A stretch of DNA of 64,000 nt from Octopus vulgaris (taxonomy: Eukaryota): positions 59,210,001-59,274,000 of the forward strand of contig OX597831.1 in the NCBI GenBank assembly GCA_951406725.2, in the 5' to 3' direction. The first letter of the stretch is position 1. Every line of letters starts with the position of its first letter. Below the pieces are notes generated by a model, which was not told where the DNA came from, ran no database searches, and saw only the letters and a program-made list of their open reading frames with translations. The translations under genes and the position numbers were made by a program. Of the stretch, positions 53,016-64,000 are shown in pieces.

Positions 53016-54547
53016 AAAGGCAAAGCGACCAAACGACTCTATTATTTCCAAACGCGAATACATAAAAAAAAAATAGTACGCACACAGATATAAACAAGTA
53101 TATTTCAGCGTACATAGGAATTGATTGAATATGTTTCTCATATTTTTTCAAGTTAAAAAGCATACAATCAATGGCATTATCAAACTGGGCATTTTCTTAA
53201 TCCTTTTCCACAAAAATTCATGGGTTATTTTCCAGTTTGCACAAAATGTTTTTCATGGGCTGTTTTCTGTTTTATTGCGACATTTTCCACGATAGTTCTT
53301 AAGCATTCTGAATCTTCATCCAACAGAAACATTAATACCGAACGGATATAAAACTTCTGTGGATTTGGATTATTATAAAAAATAATCGTACATTTTCCCG
53401 TATATTTTTTTTCAATTGTGACATTTAGTTTTCAGTGTATTTTTACGAAAGCAATTGTTTTATATTTCCAATGTACATTGCAAAATTTCAGGTAATATAT
53501 ATCAACTGGCATCATACCATAAATATCAATGTTTTTATTTCTATTATGAAAATCAGTTTCTGCAGTCATAGCATATTTTCTGGATGCATTTCCAATACAT
53601 ATCTGATATTTTAATATAATATTCAGTATAGCTTTATTGTTAAAATGTGTTTATTTCATAAATATAAACGTAAATCTTTCTTGCTTTTTTTTCTCTGGCA
53701 GACTTACGCTCAGATATATTAAATAAAACTTTTTTGACAGCTAAAGGCTTTTCACTGAAAAATTCATACACAAATTAAAAGCAAAACATTTGGCATTTTC
53801 AAAGTGACTAAAAAATATAAGTTATAAAGATTTCGACAAAATTCAATCAGCTGTAATTTCCCAATATTTTTTACATTTGAATTTCTTTAACTTCTTTATT
53901 ACTGAAGTTAATGCAAGGTGTTCTTGTTCGTCATTATTAAACATGACATCTACACAAACTAGCTTGTTGGAGAAAATTTATTTAAAGATACATTACCATT
54001 ACCATTAGCATACATAGTACGGAATATGTATTAAAGTTTGCATGGATAGAACACAATATATTCAAACAGATAAGGTCACGACAAAAATAGTTATATCAAA
54101 AGAAAAAATAACGAAAAAGCGACAAAAACACAAAATAACAAATTAAATTATAATGCACTGCCCTATGTAACAGAAGATAGTGCAGAATAATTGTTTATAT
54201 CTTAATTATGACCATAGTAAAATAGTATTGTAGGAGGAGTAAGAAAGCAGCTCTTACAAGTCTGTACTATGTACAATTTCATGGCACAGAAACTGGCGAT
54301 AATTTTGCAATATATTCTGTCTAAACATCATATTTAAGGCAGGAGGCTCAACAATTATCGAGTTATGTGCAGTGGAATAAGAATCCGATTTTGTAGTAAG
54401 CTTTCAATTTAGTAAAATTCTTGCTTCAAAAGAATTAATTATTAAGTATTAATTATGATGGCTCAAATTTCATTGAAAATGGTTAATGAATGAGTGACAT
54501 TATATATACAGTTCTATTAATATTGTATGTACATACAAATATATATA

Positions 54548-54687
<140 letters not shown>

Positions 54688-55689
54688 CGCACGCACACAT
54701 ACTGACTCACATATATGAGCAGCTTCCCCCAGCTTTTATATTATGAGTTTAAATGCTGCCACACTTGAGTCCACCTTTCATAACTCTATGTACCAGCTAT
54801 GCATTAGTGTCATTGTAAACGACAAGCTCCCTACCCTAAATTCAAGGTCATGAGCGTATAGTAGAAAGCATTATAAATGTGTGTGTGTGTGTATCAATAT
54901 TTAGTTAATTATATGTGTATATATAAAAGCACATATCATTCGTAATAGTATGAAGGATCAGAATCAAGGCCGATCAACGTATAGGAGGTCATAAATGGCT
55001 AGGTACAATAATATAGGATTCGCTGTGCGGTAAAACGACTAGGAAGTTATGTGTTGGTAGTTTATTGTAGATATGATTGTAATTTAAACCTCCGGGTCCG
55101 TTTCAGTGATTTCACTTTAACATTGGCTCCAATTCAGTGATTGTTCTAGATGTGGTGTAGTTAACAAAAAGGATAGAAATTGTGTTACAGGTTTCTGTAG
55201 AATTTTATTGATGTACTCATCTGCAGGTGAAATTTTGAATAATTGTAAACAGATGAGATGTTACATGAATTATGATAAACCCAACCAACGAATTGAATAA
55301 CTGGTAATCTAAAAAATAGGATTCGAATTCATAGAGAAATTTAAGGAATGGCTACAATGCACACTCAAATATAATAGAGACCAAACGAATCTATTATTTC
55401 AAAAGAGTTATCGTAATTAATATATACCCAAAACTGGTTATGAGAACGTGCAACAAACATATACATGCTGCAGCCAAGATATTTAAGATCATTAAAATTA
55501 AGAATATATCTTGTCAGGTAAGTGAGATAAAGGAAAGGCATGCTCATGCCAGCAGGAAGTCATCAAACTGACATCGAACTTTCCGGCAAGAACAGGCAGA
55601 CCTATAGGCTCGCAGTCATATACACGTATACATATGTATATATACATGCACACAGAAACGTACACACACACACAAACACACACTCACAG

Positions 55690-55768
<79 letters not shown>

Positions 55769-55995
55769 TATTTCTTTACTACCCACAAGGGGTTAAACAC
55801 AGAGGACAAACAAGGACAGGCAAACGGATTAAGTCGATTATATCGACCCCAGTGCGTAACTGGTGCTTATTTAATCGACCCCGAAAGGATGAATGGCAAA
55901 GTCGACCTCGGCGGAATTTGAACTCAGAACGTAGCGTCAGACGAAATACTGCTAAGCATTTCGCCCGGCATGCTAACGATCCTGCCAGCTCGCCG

Positions 55996-55998
<3 letters not shown>
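55769..55998 (-). mobile_element. SINE family D inserted in (TA)n
   Basis: Matches 13002-13229. Confidence 0.88.
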
Positions 55999-56084
<86 letters not shown>

Positions 56085-56491
56085 CATAGCCTACATTTAT
56101 ATACATCTATAATATATAGATATAAACCAAATAATATAAAATAAAAAAAAGATAGGTAAGAAAACTATGCAGGAAAGTATATAAGTAAGCGTAGACGAAT
56201 AATAGACAGTTAGGAAGTTATGCAACAGATGTAACATATTTCACTATTTTGACTGTACACAGGTTGCAAACAAATATAATGAATATGTGTAACGAGAAAG
56301 CTGATGAATTAACATAACATATCAATCGAATAGTATTTACAGATTTAAATAATATTTCAATGGGAAGAGTATGTTTAACTAAGTTACAGAGTATACTAGT
56401 TCTACAGTTGTAGATTTTGTGGGAAAATTATGAACTAGAAATGGACGGTAGGCCGAACAATTTCGATATCATAATGAGACCTAGTCATTCT

Positions 56492-56904
56492 TATTTCATT
56501 ACTGCCTACAAGGGGCTACACATAGAGGGGACACACAAGAACAGACAAACGGATTAAGTCGATTATATCGACCCCAGTGTGTAACTGGTACTAATTTATC
56601 GACCGGGAAATGATGGAAGGCAAAGTCAATCTCGGCGGAATTTGAACTCAGAATGTAGCGGCAGACGAAATACCTATTTCTTTACTACCCACAAGGGGCT
56701 AAACACAGAGGGGACAAACAAGGGCAGACAGACGGATTAAGTCGATTATATCAACTCCAGTGTGTAACTGGTACTTATTTTATCGACCCCGAAAGGATGA
56801 AAGGCAAAGTCAACCTTGGCGGAATTTGAACTCAGAACGTAGCGGCAGACGAAATACTAAACATCTCGCCCGGCGTGCTAACGTTTCTGCCAGGTCACCG
56901 CCTT
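56492..56904 (-). mobile_element. SINE family D head-to-tail dimer inside a single 14-bp TSD
   Basis: TSD GACCTAGTCATTCT at 56478-56491 and 56908-56921. Confidence 0.85.
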
Positions 56905-56974
56905 AATGACCTAGTCATTCTGCCCGCGTCAGTGATCACGTTGGTATCTATTCGTTATATAGCTTGAATCTATC

Positions 56975-57335
56975 TCTTCTTAACTTGGTTGGAGGTCTAC
57001 ATAAGCACGACCCCCTTTTTTTTAACTATTCCTAGTAAAAGAAAGGTATTTATTGAGAGACGTAGGAAGGAACTAAGTCAATGCTGGAAAGACTATAATC
57101 TTGATATTACTTCGGATTACAATTTTAAGGTTGCAAACTTATTTGATGTTGCTCTGTATCTCAAATATGGGCTATTTTACCCCTATCATAAACCAGCCGA
57201 AAATACGCCTTATGTAAGCCGCCTTTGAAACCACCACGCGAATGTCATAAACTCATTAGTAAATGACGTCTTAAATAGAATATAACACCTCTCTGCTAAC
57301 GAGAATATCATTGACGCCTATGCTACGAAGCCTTA
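56975..57335 (+). mobile_element. Penelope-like RT C-terminal/thumb fragment
   Basis: IERRRKEL..KDYNLDIT..KVANLFDVAL..FYPYHKP..YVSRL*NH..NRI*HLSANE. Confidence 0.75.
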
Positions 57336-57578
57336 ATAAAAGCGGGATGTAAATAAACTATTAGCTATTTCTTCGCGACTACTAAAATGAGACATCTTGC
57401 AATGTAGGGTAGTACGAACAAAATATAACGAAATATAAATTCCCACAGATATACAATTAAGTGCAATAGTAAAAACAACTGTAAAATCTACGAAGTACTG
57501 AATAATGAAAATCGTAAATATCATAAACGTTATGATCCAGCTTCTTGTAATATCATCTCGTACATAGTAGATTGTAGT

Positions 57579-57884
57579 TTTGTTTGTTCCTTCTCGAGCC
57601 TTGCCTGGCTCATAAGGGCCGGTTTCCCGATTTCTTGGCGTATAGGTCCTCCACCTGGACGGGACGCCGGTCCGTCGCAGGTGAGCTGCAAGATGCAGGA
57701 GGAAAGACTGAGAGAAAGTTGTGGTGTAAGAGTCAGCAGAAGTTTGCCATTACCTTCTGCCAGATCCACATGGAGCTTAGGTGTTTTCGCTCATAAACAC
57801 ACACATCACCCGGTCTGAGATCCGAACCCTCGATCCCTCGACCGCGAGTCCGCTTCTCTAACCACTAGGTCATTGTGCCTTCAC
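57579..57884 (-). mobile_element. SINE family B, full-length with a 10-bp TSD
   Basis: Reverse complement of 7614-7922; TSD AGATTGTAGT at 57569-57578 and 57885-57894. Confidence 0.88.
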
Positions 57885-58451
57885 AGATTGTAGTGTAAAT
57901 AGTAGTATTACTAATCACTATCAGATTCTTTATAATAATACATAGATAAGGAAGTTATCGATGAAAGTAAAACGGTGAGTAATTGTGCAACTATTAATAT
58001 TGCCAGTAACAGTTCTGTGGTAAATATTAATAATAATGATAATACTGATAAATTTGCAAACAATAATTTTACTGAAATGTACGGTAATAAGAAGATAAAA
58101 ACACAACCGAGAATACTGAGGAAGCATAGCAATTCCGATGCACTCGATTGAAGATTGAAGCATGGAAGTATAAATACGGCAAAAGGAAAAGACGACTAAA
58201 CTTACGTAATTATGACGTCATCTGGTTTAATCTACTTTGGAAGGTTATTACAGCACATTCTAGAAAGTTATTTGCCTAAATAATAAATATAAGCCTCTCT
58301 TTACTACACGTGGTGTGTTTGATTTCATATTGAACTTTTACTGACCGAGTTAGAATATTAGTGGGTATAACTAGGCCTAATAACAACATAGCCCATAATA
58401 ATAACAATGATAATAATAAAAATGATAATGATGATGATAATGATGATGTTA

Positions 58452-58526
<75 letters not shown>

Positions 58527-58529
<3 letters not shown>

Positions 58530-60626
58530 GACGAAAACAACCTGTTTCAAGAAGAGCAGAAAGGATGCTGCAAAGGCTCATATGGCTGTAAAGATCAACT
58601 AATGATTAATAAAGCCATAACTGAAGACAGCCACAGAAAGAAGAAAGGCCTCAGTATGGCCTGGATCGATTACAAAAAGGCGTTTGATAGCATCCCCCAC
58701 ACATGGATCCTCGAAACACTAGCCGTTATCAAAGTAGCACCAACCCTTATAAAATTCATAGGGCACTCTATGAATAAATGGCAAACCGTGCTACAGCTCC
58801 AAACAAAAGAAGGACTCATGAAAACCAAAGCCATCCCCATTAGAAGAGGAATATTCCAGGGATACACGCTCTCTCCACTCCTTTTCTGCTTTGCACTGTC
58901 ACCTCTATCTGATATGCTAAATAGAACTAGATGCGGATATAAATGTTACGGCAAAACGATCAGCCACCTTTTATATATGGATGACCTAAAACTATACGCT
59001 GCAAATGACAGACAGCTGGAAACACTATTAAAGACAGTTCATGGATTTACCAAAGAAATAGAAATGAAGTTTGGATTAGAAAAATGCGCCAAAGTAACCA
59101 TGAAAAGAGGAAAACTAGTTCAGAGTAGTAACATCACACTAGATAAAACCAATGAAATAAAAGAATTAGACCAAAGCCAAACTTACAAATACTTAGGAAT
59201 CCATGAACTAGATAAGACACAACACACAAATGTAAGAGAAAATAAAAAAGAATATTATAGACGAGTTAGATCAATACTAAAAACAGAGCTCAATGCTAAA
59301 AACAAGATAATAGGTATTAACACTTTAGCTGTCCCAGTTATAAGTTACAGCTACAATATCCTTAACTGGACACTAAATGAACTGACCATAATAGATAGGA
59401 AAACAAGAAAAATAATGACAGGGTCTAGGATGCATCACCAAAATCTGACATAGAAAGACTATATATACAACGTATAGAAGGTGGTAGAGGCCTTATACAG
59501 CTGGAAACTACTATAAAATAACCACCATAGGACTGCAAAAATATCTACTTCAGAAGGAAGGAAAACTGATACAAATAGCGGCAAAACACGAGCAAAACAA
59601 AAAACTGTTCTCAGTATTTAAGGAAGCTGACAAATACAAACAAGAAATCATACCACCCAATAAATATGAAGAAGAAGAAGAAGAAAACAAAGAAACAACA
59701 AAAGCTATAAAACAAATGAAATCCAAACTAAAAACAGAACAGCAACGAACCATGATAAAACGATGGCAAGAAAAGCCCCTTCATGGTAAATACTGGACTA
59801 AACTAAACGCAAAAGAAATAGACAAAGAAAAAATCCCAGCAATGGTTGAGAAGCTCAGGACTCAAAGCAGAGACAGAGGGATTTTTAATTGCAGCACAAG
59901 ACCAAAGCCTCCCCACCAGAAATTACCAAAGACATATAATGAAAAGAAATATAACAAGTAACTGCAGAATATGTGGACATGGACAAGAAACAATAAATCA
60001 TATTATCTCTGGCTGCCCAGTCCTAGCTAAGAAGGAATATATCCACAGACATGACAAAGTTGGAACCTACATACACTGGAATCTATGCCAACATTATGGA
60101 ATAACAACAGAAAAAAAGATGGTATAGGCACACACCAGAAAAGGTCACAGAAAACAAGAAAGCAACCATACTCTGGGATATGCCGATACCCACAGATAGA
60201 GAAATTAAGGCCAACAGACCAGATACAGTTGTCAGAGATCACGAAGAAAAAAATGCTTTCTAATTGATGTATCAATACCGGCAGATGACAACGTGTCTCT
60301 AAAAGAAATGGAGAAACTTTCAAAATACAAAGACCTGGAAATAGAGGTAACCAGAATGTGGAATCTAAAAACAGAAACAATTCCTATCATAGTAGGTGCA
60401 TTAGGCATGATAAAAAAATATTCAGACAAATACATAACAAAAACACCAGGACTTACAAACACATATAACATACAGAAAATTGCACTACTAGGCACTGCAC
60501 ACATCCTACGCAGAACACTTTACATACAATAACCATCAGAGCATCACAACAAATCACAGCACATACCTAAGGCACACAGAGCTGCACTCGGTAGTGAAGT
60601 GAAAGCATGATATAAAAATAAAACTA

Positions 60627-60630
<4 letters not shown>
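58527..60630 (+). mobile_element. 5'-truncated R4/Dong-clade non-LTR retrotransposon (RT, CCHC, restriction-like endonuclease) in (TAA)n, frameshifted
   Basis: EQKG, WIDYKKAFDSIPH, RGIFQG..LSPLLF, HLLYMDDLKL, YKYLG, GGRGL, CRICGHGQETINHIISGC, RHD, NRPD..IDVSIP..KEMEKLSKY; AAT repeats on both sides. Confidence 0.93.
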
Positions 60631-60657
<27 letters not shown>

Positions 60658-60699
60658 TTAATAATAATAACAATAATCATAGTAATAGTAATAATAATT

Positions 60700-60932
60700 A
60701 TTTTACTTTCTTTTATTTTATTCGTTTCAATCACTTGACTGCAGCCAGGCTGGAGCACCGCCTTTAGTCGAAGAAGACCACTCCAGTACTTATTCTTTGT
60801 AAACTTGGTACTTATTATAGCGGTCTCTTTTCGTAAACCGCTAAGTTACGGGGACGTGAACACACCAGCATCGGTTGTCAAGCGATGCAAGGGGGGACAA
60901 ACACAGGCACACAAACGTACACACACATACAG
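60700..60932 (-). mobile_element. SINE family A 3' half
   Basis: Reverse complement of 1024-1225. Confidence 0.8.
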
Positions 60933-60941
60933 ACAATAATG

Positions 60942-61014
<73 letters not shown>

Positions 61015-61399
61015 TAATAATAGTAAATATCAGAAATATAAATAGAGCACTTAAAATGAAACATGCTTCAGGGAAATGTAGACATCAACCACATAGCAAT
61101 GCCACATAATATCATAAGCACTGGGACTGTAAAACACGAAAACGACATAACATGTCCAACAAAAACGAAGTAAGCAACGAAAGACAACAAACCCAGGTCT
61201 TAGGAATATATACTGATAAGTAAAATGCATCAAACTAGTACACCACAGACAAAACTATGAATGGGCAGGAATACCAAACAAATCTAAAACCTGGAAACCG
61301 TGAAGGTGAAACAAATGATTATGAGATTCTAAAAAATGAGCATAGTGAAAGAATTTAAAGACACAGATCTCAGTATGCACCGCCGATCGTACCTCTCGA

Positions 61400-62015
61400 A
61401 AACTAAATAGGTAATAAAACATCAGAACTAATAGCCACAGAAACAAATGTCAATATGACCAGGGCAAATGATATAATATATGCAGCAGTCTTTGTGGCCA
61501 CAAAAGAAGCTGCACACCCACTAAAACCCATCAAGGCATGATTATCACTACTCACACGGTTCTGTGGATAAATATCACGAAAGAAACAGAAAATAAGAGA
61601 AAGGATTTGCTAATCCTTAATGAAACTAGTTGACAATTAACACTATTAAGCAACCAGAAGAGAAGAACAATACTACGAAAATATAAAATTATAGAACAAG
61701 GTAAACATGAGGTAGAAGAACACCTAAATCAAGATATCCTCACCAAAGCACAAAGAATCCTCCTGTATGAGAAACGTCTCGTTTCTTTGAACACAACAAA
61801 CAGCTCAACTCCAAACCGAAAAGTTTCTACCAAGAACTTAGCAAAATAGAATAGAGATCAATGCAGCACCAACAGCAGGAAAAGTGGAAGAACTTTGGAA
61901 TGAAATATGGTCGGCAAAAGAACAACTTCACAAAAGGTCTATCAAAACAACGAATACACCACCTGAACAACTCTAGACACATATAACAAAACTGCATGAC
62001 CTAAGCAACCGGAAG
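61400..62015 (+). mobile_element. Degenerate R4/Dong-like LINE, pre-RT region
   Basis: NDIIYAAVFV..RKDL..LRKYKI..KAQRILLYEKR..FYQELSK..PTAGKVEELWNEIWS. Confidence 0.65.
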
Positions 62016-62249
62016 GATCACGAGATCGATTTCCTGCGGTTCAATTTCTCAAAAAAATTCATTTTTGAAGGAGAGGCGCGATTCTGCATTAGCCCCAATT
62101 TTTCGATATACATAAGACAACGTCTTGATCTCATATGTATTTCATCCATGGAACCTGAATTGCTATTTTTCACAAGGATTGTTGTGGTTTCATTACAATG
62201 TAGCAAATGCAGCTTCGAAGATAGCAGTTGCTGCTTCGAAGATATTTAT

Positions 62250-62545
62250 TAGCCATTCAAAGAGAACAAAAACCGTTAGATTCACATTCGCATTTAATTT
62301 TTAAAGAAAATTGCAGCGTGAAAGATGTTTATAAGCCATTTCAGAACATTTTGAACAATACTTTGACACAAATTATATTTTGAAGTGAATCTATCGCTTT
62401 TGTTTGTTTGTTTATTTTTTTTTTATTTTTTTTTATTTTATTTTTTTAGTTTTTAAATGGTTTACAGTCATCCTCCAGGTGCAATTGCTTTTGTTTCAGC
62501 ACACGATCTCAGATCAAATCACTTGCTTTGCAAGTACATCTCCGT
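62250..62545. mobile_element. Rearranged, diverged pLTR-like family E copy
   Basis: Segments of family E in both orientations; ends with CAGCACACGATCTCAGATCAAATCACTTGCT..GTACATCTCC. Confidence 0.65.
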
Positions 62546-62559
62546 AATTTAATTTTCAT

Positions 62560-63830
62560 TTATGTCAGAACTGTCGTTGCTCGACCGGTATCATAGACGA
62601 ACTTTATCCAGGGCAGACAGCAGCTTACAGACCAGATTTAACTGAAAAAGCATTTAACATGAACCTTAGTGTCACTTGCAAGATATTTTAGGGGAATAAT
62701 TTTGGAGGGAGAGGTTACAGGGTACATGTAGACTATAAAGTTTCAAAAGCGTGGACTACCCCATTGTCATATGTTATTCATATTGAAAAATAGATCCAGA
62801 ATATTATGATAAATTTTGTTTATGCAGAATATCTAAATCCAAAAACGCCAACCAATTCTGTTTCATTATATCACCCAAAAGCATGCTACGTGGTCCATGT
62901 GGAAGATGTAACATGTATGGTTGATGGGAAATGTAAAAAGCATTTCCCTAAAGCCTTTACGAGAAAGTACGTTACGTATTTATAATGGCCACCTACTTTA
63001 CCGACATGAAATATTGGTTTTACAGTTACAAAGTCTAATGTTGGTTTATATAATCGCTCAGTAGTATCCTATTCCCAGCTCCTTTTTAGTCAAATATGGA
63101 GTTCATTATAATGTAGAAATATGTGAACGTGTAAAACCAGTTAAATATATTAGCAAGTATATTCACAAAGGTCATGATCGGACGACAGTCAATATTAGAG
63201 GACAAACTAATGCACGAAATACACGACGAAGATGAAATTGAAAATTATATCAATGGCCGCTATGTATCCTCATAAGACGTAGTCTGGAGGATTTTAGGGT
63301 TCAAAGTACACGGTTTATATCCTGCAGTCTAACAGTTTACAGTTCATTTACCCCAACAGCAATATATTTACTTTAATGATGATGATGATGATATTGAATA
63401 TATTATCCACACATGACAAGTCCACTCTTACTGATTGGATGCGAGTCAACCGGGTATCACCAGTCAATTCATTTGCACGTACATTACACTATACTGATTT
63501 CCCTCAATTTTACAAATGGAATAATAGTGAGAAAATGTGGCATCTCAGGAACATAATACACACTCAATTGAGCATATCTACTTTGTTTCATCAAAGGAAC
63601 AAGAGCTATTCTTTCTGAGAGCTTTACTATATCATACTCCCGGAGCTACATCATTTGAAGATATAAGGACTATTGATGATGTAGTTCGGCATTGATACAA
63701 AGATGCAATGAAACTGGGTTTAGCATATGATGACCGTAAATACTATTGGACTATGAAGTTTGCAAATATTTCAGCTACTCCATATCAGATGTGAAAACTT
63801 TTTCTGTGCCATTCTTAATTGCTGCAATCT
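62560..63830 (+). mobile_element. Helitron Rep/helicase pseudogene (Rep domain region)
   Basis: FQKRGLPHCHML (HUH motif), GPCG, CMVDGKCKKHFPK, HYNVEIC..VKYISKYIHKGHD, DEIENYINGRYVS, VHLPQQQ, YTDFP, GATSFEDIRTID. Confidence 0.9.
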
Positions 63831-63946
63831 ATATGTATAATTGTGTATATATATTACACAAATATGGGATACGATTGTAAAATACTCTAATACTCTCTCT
63901 TAAAGGTAGCGTGTTGGCACTAGTATGTGTATATATATATATATGT

Positions 63947-64000
<54 letters not shown>

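Overview
AT-rich, microsatellite-dense animal DNA, most likely from an octopod cephalopod (inferred from the SINE repertoire and the repeat landscape). I found no host protein-coding gene that I can support. The window is mostly decayed mobile elements: several tRNA-derived SINE families, R4/Dong-type LINEs sitting in (TAA)n, a CR1-type LINE, Penelope-like elements (RT and GIY-YIG remnants plus non-coding pLTR-type repeats), mariner fragments and a Helitron Rep remnant. Most listed ORFs are microsatellite or SINE artefacts. The unexpected signal is a set of minimal type-I hammerhead ribozyme (HHR) motifs in several unrelated repeat families. (1) Two HHR-bearing ~200-bp direct repeats and a chain of hairpins bracket an ORF1/gag-only zinc-knuckle cassette (14918-17168). 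This could be a coding retrozyme-like unit, or a Tx1-like element targeted into a retrozyme. (2) A multicopy HHR has a swapped G3-C8 core pair, with stem covariation against a related C3-G8 family. (3) A tRNA-headed, HHR-tailed SINE occurs as a head-to-head pair. Many local inverted repeats and inversions are also present. All family assignments and structures were read by eye; none has been checked computationally.
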